A stretch of DNA of 63,950 bases, filler included, from Octopus bimaculoides (lineage: Eukaryota), in NCBI RefSeq assembly GCF_001194135.2. It is 4 parts of 4 records of this genome, joined end to end, with 100 filler letters (N's around TTAATTAATTAA, not from the genome) between each part and the next. Parts side by side here need not be neighbours in the genome. Positions count along the whole stretch, not along the records: positions 1 to 6,688 come from NC_068993.1; positions 6,789 to 24,686 come from NC_068997.1; 2 more parts are not named here. One strand, 5' to 3'. Both the position numbers and the translations under genes were made by a program. Under the pieces are notes generated by a model that saw only the letters and a program-made list of their open reading frames with translations, was not told where the DNA came from and searched no databases. Positions 1 through 11,811 of the stretch are shown in pieces; position 1 is the first letter of the stretch; each line of letters starts with the position of its first letter.

Positions 1-34
<34 letters not shown>

Positions 35-39
35 TGCCG

Positions 40-132
40 AAGGCGACGAGCTGGCAGAGTCGTTAGCACGCCGGGCTAAATGCTTAGCGGTATTTCGTCT
101 GCCGTTACGTTCTGAGTTCAAATTCCACCGAG
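40..132 (+). mobile_element. SINE family A head, truncated where the R4/Dong fragment begins
   Basis: GAGCTGGCAGAGTCGTTAGCAC...GAGTTCAAATTCCACCGAG matches the copy at 62827. Confidence 0.8.
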
Positions 133-1100
133 ACTCTGAATGCATGGTATGACAGTATTTATCTTTTGTATTACTTTGGTTATCATACTTCTATCGACCC
201 TTCTCATATTCATAGGTTCTGATCTACTCTGAATAACCTATTCTGCTGGTATCCCTTCATTCTTTGATCGTATCGTGCCATCTTTGCTTTCATTGCATGC
301 CCTTTCTTTCAATACTGTTCAGTGCCATGTATTTTTGTTCGATTTTAAGCTCTCCCTTCTCTTTTCGGTCGAACAAAGAAATGTCCTTCGAGGGCATGTC
401 TAACCCCCGCTTGTATTCATCTGTTCTACCATGGATCTTTTCTTGTCATTCCCATTATATTTCTTTTTCTTGACATCAACACCCACATTTTCTCACAACA
501 ATATTGGCTGCCTTTATCAAATTACTTCTTTTTATGATGTTTTTTGTTCTGATGTATTTCAGAATTTCATTGACATTTTACGTTTCTTGGTTCAATTTCC
601 ACCGTTCGACCTTTTTAAGGTTGCAAATAATGTCGCTATCTTTCTCCTGTAGCTTTGCCTTTATTCTGTCGTAGATTTCCTATTGCTTATCTGTCATGTC
701 ACCATTAGTTTTATTGTCTTCTTCCAGACAAACTATATGTCTCTCATCGAGCAAGTTATCACTGTTCCTTTCTTGTGGTTTATTAGAGATCTCACCTCTG
801 CTTTCTGCTATGAGATTACTTTTATCGGTAAGAATTGTATTTTCATCGTTTCCTCAGCTCCTGTTTTCCAAAACCCGTCTTTTGATAGCTTCGAGCTCTG
901 CTTCTGTGAACCAACGCTTTTTCTTATTGCTCTAGCTTGATCACATAATCTCTGTTTCGTGAGTTGAAACAATCCTCTTTCTCTCCATTGATCATACATA
1001 CGTTGTCGCTTTCCCGTAAGATGAGCACCATTTTCATCTATAGTGTTGCTCAGATAGTAACACTCCATTGATTTATTTGTTCCATCTACGCTGTGTATGC
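131..1100 (-). mobile_element. Decayed 5' coding part of an R4/Dong-clade non-LTR retrotransposon
   Basis: MECYYLS...GKRQRMYDQWRERGLFQLTKQRLCDQARAIRK and, further on, KAKMARYDQRMKGYQQNRLFRVDQ match the N-terminal region typical of R4/Dong ORFs. Frameshifts and stops are present. Confidence 0.8.
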
Positions 1101-1346
1101 TAGTCCATTGATGGATGACGACAGGCTAGAGCCCGACGAGTATCTCTGAGCCTGCCGGGGGGGAAACACAGTCACTATTTAGTGCTTCAGTTTCATTACC
1201 ACCGTTATTCACAATATTTTGTTTTTTCATTGTCACTCATATGAGTTAGTGATTATCAGGTTGCGCAGTTATCGGTGTTTTTTATTGTGACACCATCACT
1301 AGATATATCATCGATCAGGACATGAGGAGATTCCAACCACTTCCTT

Positions 1347-1402
<56 letters not shown>

Positions 1403-1416
1403 TTTGATGTTATTAT

Positions 1417-1618
1417 TTTCATTGAAGATGAAGATCGAATAGGACGTCCAGTTGAGTTCGATGATAAGCTCCTTGAGGCATTACTTGAAGAAAATCCTGA
1501 ATTAAGAATTGGCAATAAAGCTTAGTTCAATCCATACAACTGTTCATCGTCATCTTCAACAACTTGGAAAGGTTCCTAAACTCGGAAAATGGGCGCCTCA
1601 TGAATTGTCCGAAAGCGG
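1417..1618 (+). mobile_element. Mariner transposase fragment (HTH region to WVPHEL motif)
   Basis: EDEDRIGRPVEFDDKLLEALLEENP.../...TVHRHLQQLGKVPKLGKWAPHELSE, with WAPHEL as a variant of the mariner WVPHEL motif. It is frameshifted and runs into an N gap. Confidence 0.85.
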
Positions 1619-2424
1619 NNNNNNNNNNNNNNNNNNNNNNNNNNNNNNNNNNNNNNNNNNNNNNNNNNNNNNNNNNNNNNNNNNNNNNNNNNNNNNNNNN
1701 NNNNNNNNNNNNNNNNNNNNNNNNNNNNNNNNNNNNNNNNNNNNNNNNNNNNNNNNNNNNNNNNNNNNNNNNNNNNNNNNNNNNNNNNNNNNNNNNNNNN
1801 NNNNNNNNNNNNNNNNNNNNNNNNNNNNNNNNNNNNNNNNNNNNNNNNNNNNNNNNNNNNNNNNNNNNNNNNNNNNNNNNNNNNNNNNNNNNNNNNNNNN
1901 NNNNNNNNNNNNNNNNNNNNNNNNNNNNNNNNNNNNNNNNNNNNNNNNNNNNNNNNNNNNNNNNNNNNNNNNNNNNNNNNNNNNNNNNNNNNNNNNNNNN
2001 NNNNNNNNNNNNNNNNNNNNNNNNNNNNNNNNNNNNNNNNNNNNNNNNNNNNNNNNNNNNNNNNNNNNNNNNNNNNNNNNNNNNNNNNNNNNNNNNNNNN
2101 NNNNNNNNNNNNNNNNNNNNNNNNNNNNNNNNNNNNNNNNNNNNNNNNNNNNNNNNNNNNNNNNNNNNNNNNNNNNNNNNNNNNNNNNNNNNNNNNNNNN
2201 NNNNNNNNNNNNNNNNNNNNNNNNNNNNNNNNNNNNNNNNNNNNGAGTAAACAATAAAATAACAGTGACAACAATACAATTAAACAATAAAATTCCCCTA
2301 AAAGGGGCAAGTTCCTCACAGGGACAACCGAGGAACCCCACACATTCTGGTTATCCCGATCGTCAGGTGCACCTCAGCAGGCGCCTCTCTTTTTCTCAAC
2401 TCCTCCAGTTTACAAACGAAAGTT

Positions 2425-2640
2425 CAAACTTTCTCACAATAGAAATCTGCAAATTGAAATCATTAAAATGTGGAAATTTAGTATTGCTACAATACCAATG
2501 GTAATTGGTGCGTTGGGAATGATAAAGAAGGGAGCTGAGAAGTATATTAAGCAACTCCCCGGTAACTCCAATCCCCGTGAACTACAAAAGATAATCTTGA
2601 TGGGTACAGCCAAGTGTACTACGGAAGGTACTCTCCATCT
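2425..2640 (+). mobile_element. 3' end of an R4/Dong-type LINE (C-terminus after the restriction-like endonuclease)
   Basis: LTIEI.../MWKFSIATIPMVIGALGMIKKGAEKYIKQLPGNSNPRELQKIILMGTA is the characteristic C-terminal tail of these elements. Confidence 0.85.
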
Positions 2641-2749
2641 AAAATGGAATAAATGTGGTGATAATCTTAGCATGCATAACAAAACAAAAGTGCCCTTGCT
2701 ACAATTTCGGGCATTCGCTAACGATGTGCCATACCACCGCCACCACCAC

Positions 2750-2799
2750 GAGCAACAACAACAATAACAACAACAACAACAATAATAATAATAATAATG

Positions 2800-2833
<34 letters not shown>
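2750..2833. repeat. (AAC)n/(AAT)n microsatellite. Others: (CGT)n 1-33, (ATT)n 1349-1402, (TAATA)n about 12570-12672, (CATA)n about 11610-11805
   Basis: Directly visible. Confidence 0.9.
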
Positions 2834-2835
<2 letters not shown>

Positions 2836-3030
2836 TCTTCGTGACGAAATTCGAGACACAGTTACTGAAGACATTCAAATCCCTTCATGGTCAGAAACCA
2901 ATACTCTGGTTACGGTTCACTGACAACGTATTTTTTGTCTGGGAAGGATCACAGGATCGTTTAATGGACTTCTTGCATTTCTGTGATTGTCATGCTAGAA
3001 ACTATGTCTTTAAGTCCAACATAAAATTTC
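2833..3030 (+). mobile_element. Penelope-like element reverse transcriptase fragment
   Basis: NVFVTKFETQLL...KPILWLRFTDNVFFVWEGSQDRLMDFLHFCD resembles the PLE RT motif W.RYIDDIF.IW, with the catalytic DD decayed to DN. Confidence 0.75.
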
Positions 3031-3044
3031 ATATCTTTAAGTCT

Positions 3045-4435
3045 AACAGGTTGAACTTTATTCTTTATTGGTTGTCATCGGCAGCACACTGCTCGTCGCC
3101 TCCTCATTTCATGCTATCAAAATGCCTTCCGTCTGCCCACCTCTCTCTCAGACCCGATCCTGGCTTCTCCGTTCAGGGTGTGCTCATAGCGACTCGCTCT
3201 GTTTTTCAGTATAGGCGGAGGAGGGGAAGGTTTCTTTCCAGAAGTACTCAACCGTCCAGCTTTCGCCGTCAAACCCAGCTTCAGTTGCGCCTACGATATC
3301 CCCTCTCACTGGCGGTAACTTGTCACTCTTATAGCCTCCACCCTCCGCTCCTTACTCACGGCACGCAGCGCACCGGTCACCAAATTTCACTCCTGTCCCG
3401 CCAACCGTCACGCTGCCCAAACATACAATCGCATCCATTCCGACAACTACGTCGACGCCGTCCACCACCTCATCAACTACAATCAGCTTTAACACGGATC
3501 CGTTTACATCTAGTCCCATTTCGCTGACGCCCCTACACTTGACCTCCTTACCATCCACCGCATTGAGGCTGGTGTTTCCTCTCCAGCTCTTGACCATTCT
3601 TACGGTCAACAAGGTTGTTGTGCAACCCGTATCTACATGGGCTTGTGCTTCCTTTGTCCCCACCAGAACCTTATTACAGGCAACAAACGGTGGGGCATTT
3701 TCACTTGGTCATGGTGAGGAACTGGTGACGCAATAATTCCCCCTCCTCGCTTCTCTGTTTACAATAGTTCGCTATATGCCGGGGCTGAGAACATCGGTAA
3801 CACACCACCAAGGGTTCGGTTCCGTGCAGTCCTTGATCATGTGAGGACCCCGACACCTAAAACATGGTCCTTAGCCGTCCGTCTCGCTATACTTCTGTTG
3901 TCGTTGGTTTCCATCAGCCTTTTCGTCCTTCTCATATCCCTTGTTTTGCGTCAACACTCGCGTCTTGCCCACCATTTTTCCTACTGACATCGTTTCGATG
4001 TCCGGCATCTGCTGCAAACGAACGGAGAATCCGGTCACAAAAGGCAGCTTCAGCAATCGCTTCATCACCGCTCCGGTAAACCCTGTTAGTCCCTCTAACT
4101 TAATTTCGCTCACATACTCATCCACCTGTTCGCCCGCCTATCTCACTCTCCTGAGCTGCTGTAGGCTTTGGGTGCCCCTTCTATGTACACGTCCTTCAGA
4201 CGCTTTTCAGTTTTCTCCACTTACACCTGATCTGCTCCGTCTATTTCTGGGTACAAATTTAGTGCATTACCTCCCAGGTAAAGTGGCATAACGCTAGCCA
4301 CACCATCAGTACTCTGCAGCTTCTCTACAAGTTTCACCTTTTTTATCCAGGCCACGACATCACCTTCTCCGACAAATGGTTTCAATACACCGCTGCTGAT
4401 TTTGATTTTTGCAACCATTGCGCGTGTCTTTGCTC
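3045..4435 (-). mobile_element. Gypsy/Ty3 LTR-retrotransposon internal fragment: gag, two CCHC knuckles, aspartic protease and start of RT; no LTR seen
   Basis: Gag KPFVGEGDVVAWIKKVKLV...PLYLGG; knuckles CFRCRGPHMIKDC and CYRCSQPRHIANYC (about 3770-3860); protease HVDTGCTTTL...VVVGMDAI (3352-3663); then FDGESWTVEYFWK...KVQPVLD. Many frameshifts. Confidence 0.9.
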
Positions 4436-6310
4436 ATCACTTGAGCACTGGGGGTCGATGTAATCGACTTACCCCTTCCCCAGAATTGCTGGCCTTGTGC
4501 CAAAATTGGAAAGCAATATTTCTTTTCAACTATCTGATTTAGCATGGCTGATTTAAATTTAGCTTCAAATATGATTATTTTCACATTGAATGTGAATACC
4601 TAATCTAAGCAATAGATGTTCGTCTTCCTACAGGATGAATTATCATGCTGAAGATCCTTCTTGGTGACGAGCGCTCACATGTTGGAACAGTGGATCTCAA
4701 CCTTTGTTTTTACCAGCGGCACACCGAAGAAGAGATGAATCCATCGCGGCACACTTCATACAAAATTTTTAAATTATCTATAAAATGCACAATTTTAAAC
4801 GTTATTACGGCACAGATTGTTTTAAAAAATGGCTAAGAACGTCTTTTTATTGTAGTATAGAATTATGTAGATTGGTTACTAGGAGACCTTTGCATAATGT
4901 TGTTTTTGCTTTTGCTTCAACGTTTGGACGAACACATTTTTTTTACTTCCATTTTGTTATCTTCGTATAGATTCGGTGGTTTGAAGATGTATCCATCGGA
5001 TACGATATAATCGAGCTGACTAAATATGTTGTGTGTGATGTGTATGTGTCTTCCAATTAAACCAATTTCTTTTTGCAACTTGCTGTTGGTAGAATGACAA
5101 GAATAACCAAATACATTTTTGTGGAGAAGTGTAGAAACGATCAATTTCAAAGATAGTTTCAATCGATTCTCTTTTTATTTCACGGATATATACAATTACA
5201 ATTACATGGAAATACATCGAGAGTAATCTCCCTTTATCAATGAAAATTAATTTGAACCATATCGTAAAGTGGAATGTTATTTCTAGTTCTTCGTCTAAAA
5301 ATTTATCCGTCTAGAAAAAGTGACAGGAATCATATTGCTTATCTAATCCATCGAAACTACACTAGAGAAAGAGTTTAGGTTTATGTCATAAGATCCTCGT
5401 TGAGAAAGTATAACGTCTTATACCATTAGTACAAGAACGTCAGAGTTGTATGTGAGTTTGAGTGACATTGTTTCCGGAAGGCACGCTATCCACGAACTAA
5501 AATCGGGAAAAATTCTGGCTTTTAAAACTCCCCATAGAAGTTTCTAGAATCGTTCCGAAATATCATTTAGAATAATTCTGGCTAAAACCGAGAAGGGTTT
5601 TGGCTGAGATCTTTTCAACCAATGAGAGAACTTGTTCTAAATTAGTTAAGTTTTCATTACTTATAAGCCGCCAAACAAACAGCTTTTGCTACAATGTGAT
5701 AAGCATAACCTCATTTCTTCAACCATGCAGTGAAGNNNNNNNNNNNNNNNNNNNNNNNNNNNNNNNNNNNNNNNNNNNNNNNNNNNNNNNNNNNNNNNNN
5801 NNNNNNNNNNNNNNNNNNNNNNNNNNNNNNNNNNNNNNNNNNNNNNNNNNNNNNNNNNNNNNNNNNNNNNNNNNNNNNNNNNNNNNNNNNNNNNNNNNNN
5901 NNNNNNNNNNNNNNNNNNNNNNNNNNNNNNNNNNNNGGGTTGAAAATTAATTAAGTAGAAAATTATTGAAGTAAAAAATTGTAATAAACCTGATGCATGT
6001 ATGTTAGTTACTTCGGGATACTCTATTTGGATTAATATCTAAAATGTATTGATAGGTATCTCCCAGTGCTTATTTTAAGCCTGTGATCACAGGAAATACT
6101 TGCCAATCATTCTTCTTCATATTACTGAAGCCCAATTTTAGATTATTTATGAAAGGACTTCGAATTCAATCTTAATTTTCTGAGTTGTGTACCATGTGTA
6201 TGTCATCTAAACCAAACTTTTAGGCCCTACCTTGCATATATCCGTAATTTTTCAGGTGTGTCATGAAACTGTTTCACAGAACAACAGATAGAATCACACG
6301 GCACACTAGT

Positions 6311-6688
6311 GGGATCTTTTTTAAAACGGGGGCCACATTTTTCATTAATGTTTTACGTAGTGTTTTTGGTACCGAAAGACTTTCAAACTTCGTATACTTA
6401 TCTATTTTGTGTTATAGAACAGAAAAATATTTTTGTATTCGAATTTATTTCATGTAAAAAATTGTCTTATTTCGATAATTTCAACCAATCACTGACAAGT
6501 ATTCAGTTGTTTATATTTACTCCTTTGGCTGATTAAGCCATAGCTTCGTTTTATTTGCTTTTTTCATTTTAAATTTGCTTTTTTCATTTTCTTTTTTTTT
6601 TCTTCGTTTTATTTGCTTTTTTCTTTTTAAATTTGCTGTTTTACCCTAACCCTAACCCTAACCCTATCACCGATAGAATTGTTTCAGA
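6311..6688 (+). mobile_element. Left half of a non-autonomous foldback/TIR element containing (TAACCC)n; same family as 58662-59202
   Basis: Starts GGGATCTTTTTTAAAACGGGGGCCACATTTTTCATTAA, the reverse complement of the end at 59165-59202. 6362-6497 is nearly identical to 58662-58797. TAACCC repeats lie at about 6643-6666. Truncated by a gap. Confidence 0.8.
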
Positions 6689-6732
6689 NNNNNNNNNNNN
6701 NNNNNNNNNNNNNNNNNNNNNNNNNNNNNNNN

Positions 6733-6744
6733 TTAATTAATTAA
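6733..6744. other. Assembly linker TTAATTAATTAA inside an N gap (also at 24731-24742 and 56474-56485)
   Basis: An identical 12-mer, with stops in all six frames, sits centred in three N gaps of similar size. Confidence 0.85.
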
Positions 6745-6788
6745 NNNNNNNNNNNNNNNNNNNNNNNNNNNNNNNNNNNNNNNNNNNN

Positions 6789-6834
<46 letters not shown>

Positions 6835-6869
6835 ACACACACATATAGAAGGATGTGTGTGTGTGTGAG

Positions 6870-7180
6870 AGTGTGTGTATGTGGTCATTGCCAGTGCCAC
6901 TGGACTGGCTCTTGTGCAGGTGGCACATAAAAAACAGCAGTTTAGCATCGCTGTTGCGAGTACCGCTTGACTGGCCCTCATGCCGGTGACATGTAAAAGC
7001 ACCCACTACGCTCTCGGAGCGGTTGGTGTTAGGAAGGGCATCCAGCTATAAAAACTTTGCCAGATCAGACTGGAGCCTGGTGCAGCTTCCTGGCTTCCCA
7101 GATCCCAGTGGAACTGTCCAACCCATGCCAGCATGGAAAACGGAAGTTAAACAATGATGATGATGATGATGATGATGATG
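6870..7180 (+). mobile_element. SINE/LINE 3' module ending in CCCATGCCAGCATGGAAAA...TTAAA(GAT)n (RTE-type tail, inferred)
   Basis: The same module occurs at 9925-10230, 24788-24970 and 28850-29020, with a tail-only copy at about 17530-17575. Confidence 0.75.
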
Positions 7181-7759
7181 ATAATGTTGATGACGATATA
7201 TGCAAGTGCAAATGTATGCATCTATGTATTACTTATGTATGTATGTATGTATGCATGCATGTATGTATATATGTGTGCATGTGTGTATCTATGCATGTAT
7301 ATGCATGTCAGTATTTTTCAGTATATACATGGCGTACCTATGTTTTGTTTGTGTTTGATTTTTCTTGCAGACACATACATATATTAAGATATCTATGAGA
7401 GATACATGAATATATGCATGAATGTGCATCTGTATCTCTGTATAATTTTGCATGCATCGTATGCCTTAATTTCAGATTCTTTGATTTCTGCTTATATGTA
7501 AAATAATACATAGACAGATAGATGTGCTTTGGGTTTTTCATCTCTCTCCCTCTCTCTTTTTCTCTTTCCCTCTCTCTCTCCCCTCTCTATCCCCCTTTCT
7601 ATCTCTCCCCTCTCTCTCCCCCTCTCTCTCTCCCTCTCTGTTGCTGTATATTGAAGCATTTGTTTGAATCTTTCTTGTATTTCGAAGGCTTCTGAGCAAG
7701 ATGTTTAAACAATAATACTTCATGTAATATATACACTGTATATGTATGTATATTCATAT

Positions 7760-7800
<41 letters not shown>

Positions 7801-7882
7801 CACACACATGCAGACATATATATATATATACACACACACACACATATATATATGTGTGTGTGTGTGTGTGTGTATATATATG

Positions 7883-7917
<35 letters not shown>

Positions 7918-8352
7918 GTATATATATGTATACATACATACATACATATATACATACATAAATATAGATGCACGTATACATATATGTATGTATGTATGTG
8001 TACATCAGTAGGAATGTGAGTGTGCGTGTGTGCGTGTGTTTGTACTTTGTTTCAAGTTTTAAGTGAAGTAGTAAAACGTATTTCTGCTCAAAAATATGTG
8101 TACACCCACATGCACACTCACACACACATATATATATACNNNNNNNNNNATGCACACATATTGTATATAGAAGCTCAAGTGTCTTTTTGTTTGTTGGCTT
8201 CTGCCCTTCTGCTTTATACTAAGAATGGGGAAGGAGAAAGCAGTGACTGTGCTGAGTGAGATATGAGAGAGAAAGAAAGTATTGAAAAGTATTACACAAG
8301 ATAGTAAAAATAGACTGGAGGAAGATTGATAATGGGTAAGACAGGGAAGGAA

Positions 8353-8405
<53 letters not shown>

Positions 8406-8605
8406 CTGAGAAAAGTTAGTGAAAGTTGAGAGAGGTGAGAAGGAGAGGGTTAAGTAGTCAGCTGTCAGTGAGCCAGAGTGCTTTCAAAACAGTCTGTCAT
8501 GTGAGCAGACAATGAAATATTGGGAGGTATACAAGAAAAAGAGTGATTGAAGAAAAAATAACAAGTAATCTTGCATATTTTGCAATACAAATAGAGGGAA
8601 TCTGA

Positions 8606-8862
<257 letters not shown>

Positions 8863-9098
8863 ATAAGAACAGTTAATAAGAGTGAGTGAATGATAGAACT
8901 AGAAAAACAGACACACACCCACACACACACAAACAAACTTACACACAGAGGTAGAAGTTCAGTTTATGATTTTGAGGCATGGCTAGCAGAGAAGACATGA
9001 GAAAATGCGGAGCTGATATGAAGGAAAATTTGATTGTGAGGTAATAGTAAGGTAATTACGTGTGTGTGTGTGTGTGTGTGTGTGTCTGTCTGTCTATA

Positions 9099-9133
<35 letters not shown>

Positions 9134-9204
9134 ACACGTTATGCTTGATGAAAGTCAAGCAGTTTGAAACTTTAAAGTCACTCTCAGCAATATTTTTGTT
9201 GTGG

Positions 9205-9590
9205 TTGTGTGGTAAGAAGTTTGCTTCCTGACCACATGGTTCTAGGTTCAGTCCCACTACGTAGCACCTCAGCCAAGTGTCTTTTGCTATAGCCTCGGCC
9301 AACCAAAGCCTTGTGAGTGGATTTGGTAGACGGAAACTGAAAGAAACCTGCCATTTATTTATGTATGTATATATAGATTTGTGTATGTGTGGGTGTGTTT
9401 GTCCCCTCCCCATCACCACTTGACAACCAGTGTTGGTGTGTTTACATCCCTTTAATTTAGAGGTCCGGCAAAAGAAACCAATAGAAGTACCAGGTTTAAA
9501 AAGTAAGAACTAGGCTCTATTCATTTGACTAAAAACTGAAAGCAGTGCCCCAGCATGGTCGCAGTGTCATGACTGAGGCAAGTAGAAGAT
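9205..9590 (+). mobile_element. SINE family B (CORE-like CCTTGGGCAAGTG domain), head plus tail around a microsatellite
   Basis: TGTGTGGTAAG...GGTTCAGTCCCACT...CAAAGCCTTGTGAGTGGATTTGGTAGACGGAAACTGAAAG, recurring many times in the window. Confidence 0.8.
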
Positions 9591-9671
9591 AAATGTGTCC
9601 TATGAAAATATCACTTGCTTCTATTATAACTCAACATAAAAACAAGCATTAATATATGTATGTATATACAG

Positions 9672-9885
9672 TGGCAAGTTGGCAGAAACATTAGCACACT
9701 GGGAAAAGTGTTTGTCAACATTTTGTCAATCTTTACATTGAGTTCAAATCCTGTCAGGGTCAACATTGCCTTTTATCCTTTCGAGGTCGATCAAATAAGT
9801 ACCAGTCAAGTACTGGGGTCGATGTCATTGATGAAACCTCTCCCCCCAAAACTGCTGTCCTTGTGCCAAAATTTGAAACCAATAT
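9672..9885 (+). mobile_element. SINE family A, diverged full-length copy
   Basis: A-box and B-box-like head, GGGGTCGAT core and GCCTTGTGCC-like tail. Confidence 0.75.
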
Positions 9886-10773
9886 ATCCGTACATGTTTT
9901 TCTTTTTCGTATTACAAGTACTTGGTGACCCTGTCAGTGAAGACGCTATATAAAAGCACCCAGTCCGCACTGTAAAGTAGTTGGTGTTTGGAAGAGCATG
10001 CAGGTGTAAAAACCTTGCCAAACTGACCTCGCCAGTGCTTTTGCCACGTAAAAAGTACTCTGCTGGGTGGTTGATGTTAGGAAGGGCATCCAGCTGTAAA
10101 AATCCTGCCAAAACAGACACAAAAGTCTGGTGCAGGCTTCTGCCTTGCTGACTCTTGTGAACCCATTCCACCCATGCTAGCATAGAAGGCAGATTTTAAA
10201 CAATGATGATGACGATGATGACGATGATATAATGTTCAGTTGCAGGATTCATTCGAACTTAGGCATTTCAACATGTATGGGGCTAGGAATGGTTTTGTAT
10301 CGGGTTTACAATACTCAGATCAATTAAAGTTATTTTTTGCTGGTTGTCTGCTGTTAGTGTGCACATGTATATCTACACATCTGTCTATATATAAGTATAC
10401 AGGCATATGTATATAGACATACAGGTGCCTAATCTGTAGAAACTCTAGATCCAACTCTGCGATGTGTGTGTGTGTGCGTGTGTGTGCGCACGTGTGCGTG
10501 TATGTGTGTGTGTGTGAGTGTGTGAAACGGAATATGTAAGTATATACATAAATAAGTGCGTATGAAATATATCCACTTATCCAAACCTCATAGTAGTAAA
10601 TAAACAAAGAAACCACATTACCATGTTTTAATTAATTAAAGTTCTCTACTCAACATTCTCTTTCTTTTTATTTTATTCTTTTTTTTTAGCTCCAATTTTT
10701 GCATTTGTTTTATTTATTTTTCCTAGTTGATTGCTTGTACTTTATAACTTAAATTCTTCTAAATATGTGTGTA

Positions 10774-10804
<31 letters not shown>

Positions 10805-11342
10805 TCGTGTGTACATATATATGTATGTTCAGATGTGTGTGAGTGTGTCTCTATTTATATGTGTGTATGTGTGTGTGTGTGTGTATAATTGTGTGTGCAT
10901 TTGGTGATTGAATCAGACAATATATGTATTTGTATATACTTGCATGTGTATTTTCCTCTAAATAAATATCTCCTTCATAATCTAAATAATCACATTCATA
11001 ACCAATAATCAGTTTCTTTCTTTCTTTCTCTCTTTCTTTTTTTCTTGCCTTCTTTTTTTTTTATAATTTTTCCCACTCTGTCTTTTTCTCTTTCCCCTCC
11101 CTCCCCTCACTCTGTATCTCTTGTCAATATGGTTACCAGTACATTTTCTAAAGACCAAAAGTCTAGCAAGAACCTTACCATCTTGGGTCACAAACCTGAA
11201 ATTTCTTGTACTTTGAGAAATTCTGTCAAAGAAGATCTGTTACCCTAGACCAGTGCTACATACACACATACATACATACAAAACTAAACACTGACATACA
11301 TACATACATACATACATACATACATACATAAAAATGAAATAA

Positions 11343-11610
11343 ATGCGCCCTTTTAAAGCCAAGCCAGGCTCATGGGCTCAGTTTCCCGGTTTCAATGGCG
11401 TATGTGTTCCCCAGCTGGACGGGACGCCAGTCCATCGCAGCGTTACTCATTTTTGCCAGCTGAGTGGACTGGAGCAACGTGAAATGAAGTGTTTTGTTCA
11501 AGAACACAACACGTTGCCCGGTCCAGGAATCGAAACCACAATCTTACGATACTGACATCCTAACCACTGACATCATGATGCTGACATCCTAACCACTAAG
11601 CCACATGCCT
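11343..11610 (-). mobile_element. SINE related to family D, with a different 3' part
   Basis: GGACTGGAGCAACGTGAAATGAAGTG...GAACACAAC...GGAATCGAAACC. Related copies lie at 45200-45467 (-) and 46230-46355 (-). Confidence 0.75.
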
Positions 11611-11779
11611 CCACACATACATACATACATACATACACACACAAACATACATACACACATACATACATACACACACAAACATACATACACATACATACAA
11701 AACTGAACACTGACATACATACATACATACACAAACAAACATACATACACACATATGCATACATACATACATACATACA

Positions 11780-11811
<32 letters not shown>

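Noticed and set aside
4640-4760. Possible second mariner HTH remnant on the minus strand (ISSSVCRW*KQ)
   Set aside because: Too short and decayed to call without a search.
6733-6744. Identical TTAATTAATTAA islands in N gaps (also 24731 and 56474)
   Set aside because: Scaffolding linker artefact, not biological sequence.
7599-8259. Numerous 60-400 aa ORFs made of YI/HT/CV dipeptides or X runs, here and throughout the window
   Set aside because: Translations of (AT)n, (AC)n and other microsatellites or N gaps; no coding evidence.
11170-11230. Possible 17- or 44-nt minus-strand microexon ending GATG|GTAAGG
   Set aside because: The donor is good but the acceptor tract is weak; such matches are expected by chance in 64 kb.
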